From the NCBI GenBank assembly GCA_016713785.1, contig JADJOM010000002.1, positions 461,393 to 525,392 on the forward strand: a stretch of 64,000 nt of DNA, in the 5' to 3' direction. Position 1 is the stretch's first letter. Every line of letters starts with the position of its first letter. Position numbers and translations under genes: made by a program. Source of the DNA: Gemmatimonadota bacterium (GTDB lineage: Bacteria > Gemmatimonadota > Gemmatimonadetes > Gemmatimonadales > GWC2-71-9). Shown here in pieces: positions 19,852 through 28,404 of this stretch. The notes under the pieces are model-generated. The model saw only the letters and a program-made list of their open reading frames with translations, was not told the DNA's origin and searched no databases.

Positions 19852-20820
19852 ATGGCCGACGCCCCGAAGAAGAAGACCACCCGCAAGCGGGTGAAGACGA
19901 TCGAGCCCCGCGGGCTCACCGCCCGGCAGGTGGCCGGCGGAGAGCCGCCCAAGGCGGTCCAGGCGCTGGCGGAGCACATCGCCGAAGACGGTGGCACCGT
20001 CCTCGGCGCATACCGCGAGCCCCTCGGCGGGCAGTGGCAGGTGCTCGCCGCGCTGCCCATCGAGATCCTCGAGCCCACCCCGTACCAGCGGGACCGCTCC
20101 GAGACCCACGTCGCCCGCCTCGCCGACGCCATGGACCGGCTGGGCCGCTTCATGGACCCGGTGATCGCCGTGCGCAGCGCCCCGGGGAAGTACTGGACCC
20201 CGAACGGCAACCACCGTCTCGGGGCCATGCTCGCGCTGGGCGCCCGCGCCCTGGTGGCGCTGGTGGTGCCCGAGCCCGAGGTGGCGCACCGCATCCTCGT
20301 GCTCAACTGCGAGAAGGCCCACAACGTCCGCGAGCGCGCCCTCGAGGTGATCCGCCTGGCGGAGGCGCTGGCCCAGCTCGACGACCGCGCCGAGAAGAGC
20401 TACGAGACCGAGTTCGAGGAACCCTCGCTGCTCACCCTGGGCTGCTGCTACCAGCAGAACGGCCGCTTCTCGGGCGGCGCCTACCATCCCGTGCTCAAGC
20501 GCTGCGAGGCGTTCCTGGGCAGCAGGCTCTCCCACGCCCTCGCCACCCGGCGGGCCCGGGCGGAGCGGCTGCTGGAGCTCGACGCCGCGGTGGTCGAGGC
20601 GGTGCAGGGGCTCAAGGCGCGCGGCTTCGAGAGCCCTTACCTCAAGGCGTTTGTGCTGGCGCGGCTCAACCCGCTCCGCTTCACGCTCAAGCGCGGCCAG
20701 AAGGCCGACTTCGACGAGACCATCGCCAGGATGCTGGCCGGCGCACGGAAGTTCGACGCGGGCAAGGTGAAGGCCGACCAGGTGGCCCGGGCCGGCGGGG
20801 CCCCGGAGGGGGCCGACTAG
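19852..20820 (+). CDS. ParB/sulfiredoxin-superfamily protein (DGQHR-like NGNHR motif)
   Basis: 322 aa from ATG 19852 (alternative ATG at 19765). Motifs LEPTPYQRDRSETHVARL and TPNGNHRLGAM resemble the ParB-N / DndB-like DGQHR domains. No parA neighbour. Confidence 0.6.
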   Translation: MADAPKKKTTRKRVKTIEPRGLTARQVAGGEPPKAVQALAEHIAEDGGTVLGAYREPLGGQWQVLAALPIEILEPTPYQRDRSETHVARLADAMDRLGRFMDPVIAVRSAPGKYWTPNGNHRLGAMLALGARALVALVVPEPEVAHRILVLNCEKAHNVRERALEVIRLAEALAQLDDRAEKSYETEFEEPSLLTLGCCYQQNGRFSGGAYHPVLKRCEAFLGSRLSHALATRRARAERLLELDAAVVEAVQGLKARGFESPYLKAFVLARLNPLRFTLKRGQKADFDETIARMLAGARKFDAGKVKADQVARAGGAPEGAD

Positions 20821-20835
20821 CGTTCTCCCCTTGCG

Positions 20836-20871
20836 CTTCTACAGGAGTGGCCCTAACGTCTCCTGTAGAAG
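20836..20871. promoter_or_regulatory. perfect 12-bp inverted repeat, candidate PadR operator and/or terminator
   Basis: CTTCTACAGGAG-N12-CTCCTGTAGAAG lies between the parB-like stop (20820) and the PadR start (20887). It overlaps a possible TTGCGC-N17-TAACGT promoter. Confidence 0.45.
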
Positions 20872-20886
20872 CCCGAGAGGAGACCG

Positions 20887-21219
20887 ATGTCCGACGACCG
20901 CCTGGAGCTGCCCCAGGGCACGCTCGACCTGCTGATCCTCAAGGCCCTGTCGCTGGGAGCCCAGCATGGCTGGGCCATCTCCGAGCGCCTGCACCAGGTC
21001 TCCCGCGCCACCCTCCAGGTGCCGCAGGGGTCGCTGTATCCCGCGCTGCACCGGCTGGAACGGCGGGGCTGGATCGCCGCCCACTGGGACGCTTCCGACA
21101 ACAATCGCCGCGCCAAGTACTACGAACTCACCCGCGACGGCCGCCGCCAGCTCAAGGTGGAGGCCGCCGAGTGGCGACGCCTCACCGTGGCGGTGGACCT
21201 CGTGCTGGGGATGGGCTGA
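20887..21219 (+). CDS. PadR family transcriptional regulator (acidobacterial type)
   Basis: 110 aa. Motifs GTLDLLILKAL...HGWAI...GSLYPALHRLERRGWI...KYYELT. Confidence 0.9.
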   Translation: MSDDRLELPQGTLDLLILKALSLGAQHGWAISERLHQVSRATLQVPQGSLYPALHRLERRGWIAAHWDASDNNRRAKYYELTRDGRRQLKVEAAEWRRLTVAVDLVLGMG

Positions 21220-21222
21220 CCG

Positions 21223-23928
21223 GTGTGGGCCCGGCTGTGGAGCGAAGCGCGCTATCGCGCCCGCGCGGTCTTCCGCCGCGAGGCGCTGGAGCGGGAGCTC
21301 GACGAGGAGCTGCGCTTCCACCTGGAGCAGGAGGCGGCCCGCCACCGCGCCGCGGGGCTTCCCGCGGCCGAGGCCATGCGCCAGGCCCGGCTGGCCTTCG
21401 GGGGCCTGGAGGTGGTCAAGGAGCAGACCCGCGACGGCCGCGGCGTCCGCTGGCTGGACCGGGCGGGCCAGGACCTCCGCTACGCCGTGCGCGCGCTCCG
21501 GCGCACCCCCGGCTTCACCGTCGCGGTGATCGCCACGCTGGGGCTCGGCGTCGGGATCAACGCGGCGATGTTCGGCATCGTGGACCGGCTGCTCTTCCGC
21601 GCGCCACCCCTGCTGCGCGACCCTGCCCGGGTACACCGGGTCTACCTCCAGTGGCACAACCGGAACGGGCTGGCCACCGGCGCGATGATGGGGTACGCCA
21701 GCTACCTCGACTTCCGGCGCGCCACCACCCAGTTCGATGCCCTGGCGGGATACAGCGTGCGGTCCCTCCCGGTCGGCTCCGGTCCGGCGAGCGCGGAGCT
21801 GCCGGTCGGCGTGATCTCGGCAACGCTCTTCGACTTCTTCGACGCCGCGCCGGTGCTCGGGCGGTTCTTCACCGCGGCGGAGGATACGGTGCCGCTCGGT
21901 GCCCAGGTGGCGGTGCTGAGCCATGGCTTCTGGCAGGCCCGCTACGGGGGGCGCCCGGACGCGCTCGGGCAGGTGCTGCGGGTCGGGACCGCCGCGTACA
22001 CGATCATCGGTGTCGCCCCGCGGGGCTTCGAGGGGATCAGCGACGAGGGCCCGCCCGCCCTCTTCATCCCGATCACCGCCTACGCGGGCGTCTTTCGCGC
22101 CGGGCCCAACGTGGCCAACTACTACACCCGCTACAATTGGAGCTGGATGCAGCTGGTGGTGCGCCGGAAGCCCGGCGTCACCCGGGCCGCGGCGGAGGCG
22201 GACCTGAGCCGGGCCCAGCGGCAGAGCTATGAGGCCCAGCGGGCCATCAGCCCCGGGATGACCGCCCCGGAGATCGCCCGGCCGGCGGCACTCGCGGGCC
22301 CGGTGCAGGCCGAGCGGGGCCCCAACCAGAGCACCGTGACCCGGGTGGCCACCTGGGTGAGCGGGGTGGCGCTGATCGTGCTCCTCATCGCCTGCGCCAA
22401 CGTGGCCAACCTCATGCTCGCGCGCGCAGTCCGCCGCCGCCGCGAGATCGCGGTACGGCTCGCGCTCGGCGTGAGCCGCGGCCGGTTGTTCGGGCAGCTG
22501 CTCACCGAGAGCCTGCTCCTCGCCGGCGCCGGCGCGGTGGTCGGCCTGCTGCTGGCCCGCACCGGCGGGGCCCTCCTGCGCGCGCTGTTCCTGCCCGCGA
22601 ACGTCGCGGCGGGGACCCTCGCCGATCCGCGCACCGCGGCGTTCGTCCTGGCCGTCGCGGCACTCGCCGGCGGCCTGACCGGGCTGGCGCCCCTGCTCCA
22701 GGCCCGTCGCACCGACCTGGTCGAGGCGCTCAAGTCCGGCGCCCGGGACGGCGGCTACCGGCGCTCCCGCCTCCGCACCGGCCTGCTGGCGCTCCAGGCT
22801 GCCCTGTCCGTGGTGCTGCTGGTCGGCGCCGCGCTGTTCGTGCAGAGCCTCCGCAACGTCCGCGCGCTCCGCCTCGGGTACGACGTCGATCCGGTGGTGT
22901 ACATCTACCCTGAGCAGCGCGGGGCCCGGCTCGCCGACGCCGAGGCCGCGGCGCTGCGGTTGCGGCTGCTCGAGTCCGCCCGCGCGGTGCCCGGGGTCGA
23001 GTCGGCCGCGCTGGGCCTGACGGTGCCGTTCTGGGATACCTGGAACGACAACCTCTTCGTGGCGGGGATCGACTCGGTGGAGCGGCTGGGGAGCTTCACC
23101 ATCCAGGCCGGCTCGCCGGAGTTCTTCGCCACCCTCGGCACCCGCATCCTCCGGGGCCGCGGGTTCACCGCGGAGGACCGCGCCGGGGCGCCGCTCGTGG
23201 CGGTGGTGAGCCAGGCGATGGCCGGCACGCTCTGGCCCGGCCGCGAGGCCCTCGGGGAGTGCTTCCGGATCGGCGCGGACACGGTCCCCTGCACCACCGT
23301 CGTGGGCATTGCCGAGGACATCCACCAGAACAGCGTCACCACCGACCGGGGCCTGAGCTACTACCTCCCGATCGCGCAGTTCCACCCCGAGGCGGCGGTC
23401 ATCTTTGCCCGGGGGCGGGGGCAGGGCCGCGAGGTGCGGGAGGTGCTCCGCCAGACCCTGCAGCCCGAGATGCCCGGCGAGGGCTACGTCAACGTGACCC
23501 CGCTGCGCGACATCGTGGATCCCGAGCTCCGCTCCTGGCAGCTCGGGGCCACGATGTTCGTGGCCCTCGGCGGACTGGCACTGGTGCTCGCGGCGGTCGG
23601 CCTCTACGGGGTGATGGCCTACGACGTGGCCCAGCGCGCCCACGAGCTCGGGGTGCGGATGGCGCTCGGCGCGCGGGCGCCGGACGTGGTACGGATGGTG
23701 GTGGGTGACGGGATGCGGATCGCCTTCGCCGGGGTGGCGGTGGGGAGCCTCATCGCCCTCTGGTCGGGGCGGTGGCTGGCGCCGCTCCTGTTCGAGCAGT
23801 CCCCCGCCGATCCCGTGGTGTTCGGCGTCGTCGCCGGGGTCCTGCTGCTGGTGGCGGCCCTGGCCACCGCCATCCCGGCGCTGCGCGCCACGCGGGTCAG
23901 CCCCACCGTGGCGCTCCGCACGGAGTAG
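21223..23928 (+). CDS. ADOP-family duplicated FtsX/MacB-like permease (no ATPase partner)
   Basis: 901 aa with a GTG start 3 nt after the PadR stop. N-terminal cytoplasmic helix (LDEELRFHLEQ), then two MacB-periplasmic plus FtsX four-helix modules. Confidence 0.85.
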   Translation: MWARLWSEARYRARAVFRREALERELDEELRFHLEQEAARHRAAGLPAAEAMRQARLAFGGLEVVKEQTRDGRGVRWLDRAGQDLRYAVRALRRTPGFTVAVIATLGLGVGINAAMFGIVDRLLFRAPPLLRDPARVHRVYLQWHNRNGLATGAMMGYASYLDFRRATTQFDALAGYSVRSLPVGSGPASAELPVGVISATLFDFFDAAPVLGRFFTAAEDTVPLGAQVAVLSHGFWQARYGGRPDALGQVLRVGTAAYTIIGVAPRGFEGISDEGPPALFIPITAYAGVFRAGPNVANYYTRYNWSWMQLVVRRKPGVTRAAAEADLSRAQRQSYEAQRAISPGMTAPEIARPAALAGPVQAERGPNQSTVTRVATWVSGVALIVLLIACANVANLMLARAVRRRREIAVRLALGVSRGRLFGQLLTESLLLAGAGAVVGLLLARTGGALLRALFLPANVAAGTLADPRTAAFVLAVAALAGGLTGLAPLLQARRTDLVEALKSGARDGGYRRSRLRTGLLALQAALSVVLLVGAALFVQSLRNVRALRLGYDVDPVVYIYPEQRGARLADAEAAALRLRLLESARAVPGVESAALGLTVPFWDTWNDNLFVAGIDSVERLGSFTIQAGSPEFFATLGTRILRGRGFTAEDRAGAPLVAVVSQAMAGTLWPGREALGECFRIGADTVPCTTVVGIAEDIHQNSVTTDRGLSYYLPIAQFHPEAAVIFARGRGQGREVREVLRQTLQPEMPGEGYVNVTPLRDIVDPELRSWQLGATMFVALGGLALVLAAVGLYGVMAYDVAQRAHELGVRMALGARAPDVVRMVVGDGMRIAFAGVAVGSLIALWSGRWLAPLLFEQSPADPVVFGVVAGVLLLVAALATAIPALRATRVSPTVALRTE

Positions 23929-23937
23929 CGCGCCCGC

Positions 23938-24387
23938 TCAGCTCGAGTGGTCGTGGATGATCCGCCACCCCGCCGCGGTGTGCTCCCAGATGGTGGTGAA
24001 GCGGCAGGTGTAGTCGGGCTTGCCACCGCCGGTGAGGATGCACTGGCCGGTCAGCATGGCATGGTCGCGGCCCAGCATGGTGACCACCAGGTGGTCGAAG
24101 GCGAGCTGCTGCGCCGGCTGGCCGCCGGCCCAGAACCCCCGCTCCAGCAGTCCCCGGATCACCGCGCGGCCCACGATCGGGCCGTTCTTCCCCATCATCG
24201 CCGCCGAGTCGGTGTAGAGCGCCACGTGGCTGTCGAGGTCGCCGCGGTTCCAGGCCGCGGCCGACGCGTCCATGGCCCGCAGCAGCTCGGTGCGTGGCCC
24301 CGCGGGCGGTGGCGCGCTGGCGGGAGCGGCGCCGTGGCAGGCGGCCAGGGACAGGGCCAGGAGGAGCGTGGAGGCCAGGCGACGCAT
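23938..24387 (-). CDS. SnoaL-like/DUF4440 (NTF2-fold) lipoprotein
   Basis: 149 aa. Lipobox LSLAAC. Motifs AAWNRGDLDSHVALY and TTIWEHTAAGWRIIHDH are typical of the DUF4440/SnoaL fold. Confidence 0.65.
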   Translation of the reverse strand: MRRLASTLLLALSLAACHGAAPASAPPPAGPRTELLRAMDASAAAWNRGDLDSHVALYTDSAAMMGKNGPIVGRAVIRGLLERGFWAGGQPAQQLAFDHLVVTMLGRDHAMLTGQCILTGGGKPDYTCRFTTIWEHTAAGWRIIHDHSS

Positions 24388-24496
24388 GCGATCTCCGGAT
24401 GGGGGAACGGGCGGGAACGGGAGCCCGGCCTGTACGGCACCCGGACGGGGCGGGTTTCCCGCGTTCCAGCCTTCACCATGACCGGGCGGGAAACGA

Positions 24497-24532
24497 CTCG
24501 CCGCCGGCCCTCTCGCGAGGGCCGGCGGCGAG
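24497..24532 (-). terminator. 16-bp perfect-stem hairpin, putative terminator
   Basis: CTCGCCGCCGGCCCTC-tcgc-GAGGGCCGGCGGCGAG lies 19 nt downstream of the HAF/PKD gene stop. On the minus strand it is followed by TCGTTTCC. Confidence 0.55.
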
Positions 24533-24550
24533 GACGCGGGTCCGGGCGCG

Positions 24551-26545
24551 TCAGGGAACGGTGACGGTCTGCGTGGTGCTGTGGGTGGCCCCGCCGTTGT
24601 CGGTCACGGTGAGCGTGAGCGCCAGGGTCCGCGCCGACGGGAAGGTGCGGCTGAACGACGCCGCGGTGGCGACGGTGGTGCCGTTGGCGAGCTTCCAGCT
24701 GTAGCCCGTGATGGTGCCGTCGGGGTCGGTCGAGCCGGTCCCGTTGAAGGTGCAGGCGTGCGCCGTGGTGCAGCTCCAGGTGAAGCTGGCCACCGGCGGC
24801 TGGTTGGTGCCGCCGCCCGTGACCGTCACGGTCTTCGTGACGCTGCTGGTGGCGCCATTGTTGTCCGTCACGGTCAGCGTCAGCGCAAAGGTGCGCGCCG
24901 ACGGGAAGGTGCGGCTGAACGAGGCCGCGGTGGAGACGGTGGTGCCGGAGGACATCTTCCAGGTGTAGCCGGTGATGGTGCCATCCGGGTCGGTCGAGCC
25001 GGTCCCGTTGAAGCTGCAGGCAAGCCCGGTGCAGCTCCAGGTGAAGCTGGCCACCGGCGGCTGGTTGGTCGGGGGCGTGACGCTCGGGATGACCGACTTG
25101 GCCAGCGCGCCACGGGTCTTGTCGAAGGTCCGCCCGCCGAGGGTGACCTTCTCGACCAGGAACTCGATGGAGCCCACGCCACAGGGGCCGCGATCGCTGA
25201 AGCTCACCACCCCGGCGGCATTGGTGGTGCCGGTGACGGCGTGGCTGGTCCAGTAATCGTCCATGAAGCGGCCGTTTACCACCGCGCTGGCCAGGGGGGC
25301 GCCGTTCTCGTCGGTGACCGTCACCGACGCGCTGGCCTGGTTGTACATGCTGCCGCCCTGGAAGCAGGAGCCGGGATTGCCCGGGTCCTGCACGAACTGC
25401 GCGGTGAGCGTGGCCGTGGCCAGGAGGCAACTGGCGCCGCACGGGGAGGCCGGGGTGAGCCGCACCAGCCGCGGGCTGGTCCCGAAGTACACCGAGGCGA
25501 GCATCTGGCCGCTCGCGTTGAGCGGGCCGCCGCCGCCGACGCCCCGGGCGCCGTACGCCGGGGAGATCAGGCCGAGGATGCCCTGCGCCAGGCCGGTGGG
25601 GCCGCCGGCCACGACGCCGGTGCTGCTCACGGTGCCGGTGATGTCGAGCGCGTCGTTGATGCCGCCGACGCCATAGCCGGTCAGGTGGCCGGTGGGGATG
25701 CCCGAGAGCTGCTGCCACGCGCCGCCGCGCGGCAGGCGGTACAGGTAGACCAGGTTCTGGCTGCCGCTGGTGATCAGGAACCGGGCCTGGTCGCCGTTGT
25801 CATTGATGGCCGAGGCGCCGCGGCTGGCGCCGAAGAAGCCGGCCGGGGGCGCGGGGAGCGGCGTGAAGCTGGCGGGATTGCCCAGCTGGTACCAGCCGGT
25901 CGCGGTGCTCACCGCGCCGCCGGGGCTCATCCCCTCGGGGATGTCGTTCGGGTAGCCCTGGGTGGCCAGGTTGACCATCCCGGTCGACGCCGACCACAGG
26001 TAGGGCGCGGCCGCGGTGGGAATCGCGCCGCCGGTGGAGGACCAGCCCACCACGCGGCCCTGCTCGTCGATGCCGGCGGTGGTGGTGGTGGACATCCCCG
26101 GGAGGGCGCCCAGGTCCTGCACGGTGTAGCCGGCCCCGCTCGGCGTCCACACCGCCGCGCGGGTGTTCACGCCGGGAATGCCGGCCACGCCCGCGATCAC
26201 CCCCTGGTTGTTGATCGAGCCGGGGTAGATGCCCGACAGCCCGGGCACCGCCGGCAGCACGATCCGGGTCCCGCCCCGCCAGGCCACCGTCTCCTGGGGC
26301 GGCAGGCAGAAGGGCCCGCAGCCGGTGTCGAGGTACGAGGTGCCGATGACGTCGCCGGCGTTGTTCATGTCCGCCCCGGTGGCGGCGGTGGCGATGAACT
26401 CGACGGCGTACATGCCGGCCACGGCCGAGGCGCGGACGGCCTCCGGGGCGCCGATCGTGGGCTCCAGCCGATCCGCGTCGCAGCCGGCGGTCAGCAGGGC
26501 GGCGGCCAGCAGCGCGCCGCGGAGGAGTGTGGAACGGTGGGTCAT
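24551..26545 (-). CDS. HAF-repeat extracellular lipoprotein with two C-terminal PKD domains
   Basis: Start chosen at ATG 26545 (AGGAG 6 nt upstream) with lipobox LLTAGC. Repeated IN(N/D)xGxVxG units are HAF-like. Two PKD units carry the FTWSC...FNGTGSTDPDGTITGY motif. Confidence 0.85.
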   Translation of the reverse strand: MTHRSTLLRGALLAAALLTAGCDADRLEPTIGAPEAVRASAVAGMYAVEFIATAATGADMNNAGDVIGTSYLDTGCGPFCLPPQETVAWRGGTRIVLPAVPGLSGIYPGSINNQGVIAGVAGIPGVNTRAAVWTPSGAGYTVQDLGALPGMSTTTTAGIDEQGRVVGWSSTGGAIPTAAAPYLWSASTGMVNLATQGYPNDIPEGMSPGGAVSTATGWYQLGNPASFTPLPAPPAGFFGASRGASAINDNGDQARFLITSGSQNLVYLYRLPRGGAWQQLSGIPTGHLTGYGVGGINDALDITGTVSSTGVVAGGPTGLAQGILGLISPAYGARGVGGGGPLNASGQMLASVYFGTSPRLVRLTPASPCGASCLLATATLTAQFVQDPGNPGSCFQGGSMYNQASASVTVTDENGAPLASAVVNGRFMDDYWTSHAVTGTTNAAGVVSFSDRGPCGVGSIEFLVEKVTLGGRTFDKTRGALAKSVIPSVTPPTNQPPVASFTWSCTGLACSFNGTGSTDPDGTITGYTWKMSSGTTVSTAASFSRTFPSARTFALTLTVTDNNGATSSVTKTVTVTGGGTNQPPVASFTWSCTTAHACTFNGTGSTDPDGTITGYSWKLANGTTVATAASFSRTFPSARTLALTLTVTDNGGATHSTTQTVTVP
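24554..25075. repeat. intragenic tandem duplication (two PKD-domain units, period about 261-264 bp)
   Basis: Long stretches are near-identical at the nucleotide level, e.g. GTGAAGCTGGCCACCGGCGGCTGGTTGGT at 24780 and 25041, and GCGCCGACGGGAAGGTGCGGCTGAACGA at 24631 and 24895. Confidence 0.85.
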
Positions 26546-26601
26546 GACAACTCCTGGCTCAGGGGATGCCGGCGCGCCTTCCGTGCCGCGCCGGCGGAGG
26601 G

Positions 26602-27996
26602 TCAGCGCACTCGGATGGTGAGGGTGTTGGAGGTGGCCGTCGCGCCCCGCGCGTCGGTCACCCGCGCCCGCACGGTGAAGGTGCCGGCCCGGGTGTAGGT
26701 ACGGGTGACGGCCACGCTTCCGGCGGTGGCAAGGCTGCCGGTGGTGGTGCCGGTGCCCCAGGAAACGGTGTAGGGCCACGGACCGTCCCCGGCGTCGGGG
26801 TCCGCCAGCGTCAGGGTGATCCGGGCGGCCTGACCTACGCGGATGCTGGTCGGGCCGGCGGCGGCCAGCGTCACGGCGGGCGGGGTGTTCGGGCCGCCAC
26901 CGACGGGCGCCACCGTCCACATCACCGCGTGCACCCCCTGACCCGCGGGGAAGTACGCCTCGCCGACCACGGCGCCCTGGTTGTTGATGCCGCGCGCCAC
27001 CGAGGCGTTCACCGCCGCGTTCGGCCAGGGGTCGAGGGGGATGTGCTGGCCCTGCTTCCACAGCGCCCCGGTGGTGCCCACCGTCCCGACCACGTCGCCG
27101 CTGTCGTTGATCTCGCTGACCACGCTGGCCAGCCGGGCGGGCATCGGGAGCGCGCTCACCACCCCGTGCTTCCAGACCACCGGGGTGCCGCCGTTGCTGA
27201 GGCCCGCCACGTCGCCCCGCGTGTTGATCGACCGCCCCACCGACTGCAGGAACGGGCCCGGCAGGTCGGGCAGCACGGTGAAGGTCCCGTTGGTCCACAC
27301 GAAGGCGTACTGCCGGGCGCCGGTGCCGCCGGCGGTGCCGGTGCCCGTGACCTGCCCGGCGTCATTGATGTCGTACGCCATCGAGTAGTTGCCGCCGGGG
27401 ATCACGCCGATGTCCTGGAACAGGAGCCCGTTCCGCCAGATGCCGGCATGCTGGTAGGCCGGGACCGTCCCGCCCCCGCCGGTGCCGCCCCCCGCCACGT
27501 CGCCGGCGGCGTTGAGGCCGTTGGCGGCCGCGCCCGAGGCGGTGGTGCCCGGCAGCGGCTGCAGCTTGACGGCCGTGCCGTTGTCCCAGAACACGCCGTA
27601 GGCAATCGTCGAGTTCTGCCTGGCGAATCCCACCAGCTGGCGGCGTTCGTTGAGCTGGGTGGCGGTGGTGACCGCCGAGCCCGGCTGCGGCAGGGTGTCG
27701 ACGATGACCCCGTTCTGCCAGATCACCCGGCGGTTGACGCCACTCGCGTCACTGGCGAGGCCGACCACCTCGCCGAGGTTGTTGATGTCGTACGCCGAGG
27801 AGAAGGTGCCGCCGGGCAGCATGCCCAGGTCGGTGATCGTGACCTGCCAGTTCCCCACGACGCGGGTGACCGAGTTGGCCGTGCCCGCCAGCTCGGCGCT
27901 GGTGGGCGCGAGGGCCGCGGGCGCCGAGCCATCGGCGCAGGCGACAAGGGCAAGGAGGCCGGCGGCGCCGAGCCAGGGGGAGATCCGACAATGCAT
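26602..27996 (-). CDS. HAF-repeat extracellular lipoprotein with one C-terminal PKD domain
   Basis: Start at ATG 27996 with lipobox LLALVAC. Seven clear HAF units (INNLGEVVG, LNERRQLVG, LNAAGDVAG, INDAGQVTG, INTRGDVAG, INDSGDVVG, INNQGAVVG) and a terminal PKD-like domain. Confidence 0.85.
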   Translation of the reverse strand: MHCRISPWLGAAGLLALVACADGSAPAALAPTSAELAGTANSVTRVVGNWQVTITDLGMLPGGTFSSAYDINNLGEVVGLASDASGVNRRVIWQNGVIVDTLPQPGSAVTTATQLNERRQLVGFARQNSTIAYGVFWDNGTAVKLQPLPGTTASGAAANGLNAAGDVAGGGTGGGGTVPAYQHAGIWRNGLLFQDIGVIPGGNYSMAYDINDAGQVTGTGTAGGTGARQYAFVWTNGTFTVLPDLPGPFLQSVGRSINTRGDVAGLSNGGTPVVWKHGVVSALPMPARLASVVSEINDSGDVVGTVGTTGALWKQGQHIPLDPWPNAAVNASVARGINNQGAVVGEAYFPAGQGVHAVMWTVAPVGGGPNTPPAVTLAAAGPTSIRVGQAARITLTLADPDAGDGPWPYTVSWGTGTTTGSLATAGSVAVTRTYTRAGTFTVRARVTDARGATATSNTLTIRVR

Positions 27997-28404
27997 GGTG
28001 CTGCTCCAGGAGGTGAAGTCGATCGGGGTCGGGCGCGTGCATCCGACGGGGTGCCGGGTGGGGCCACAAACTACCAGCATATTGATGTGCGATTGATGAA
28101 CGTGCCGTGAGTACGTCAGCCGCTCGCCCGGCGGCCTCATGCAGCGCCACGCAACACCCGCAGCGAAACGGGACGGACCCATGGCGCGGGCCCGGAGGCC
28201 ACGCCGGTGGTCGGCGTGGCGTGCCCCGGAAGCGCAGCATCCGGGCCGCGGCGCGCCCGGCAGGTGGTGGGGAGCTAAGTCGTGCGGTGGGAGGCGATTG
28301 CGCGGGGAAGGCGGGGCTCCGGGCCCGTGCGGCCTGTCGCGCAACGGTACAGGCTGGAATGTTGTAGATTGTCGGCGTTCATCTTCCTCCTGCGGAGCAC
28401 CCGG

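Noticed and set aside
19803-25075. A CRISPR array, prompted by the heptamer repeats and the 261-bp PKD repeats.
   Set aside because: The repeat units are 7 nt with no spacers, or are in-frame protein-domain duplications. No cas genes are present.
26546-27298. N-terminal extensions of the two HAF/PKD ORFs (24551..27298 and 26602..29202) and of the GH26-like ORF (up to 33600).
   Set aside because: The extensions are junk-like and overlap neighbouring genes. Internal ATG codons give canonical lipoprotein signal peptides with lipoboxes and, for 26545, a good RBS.
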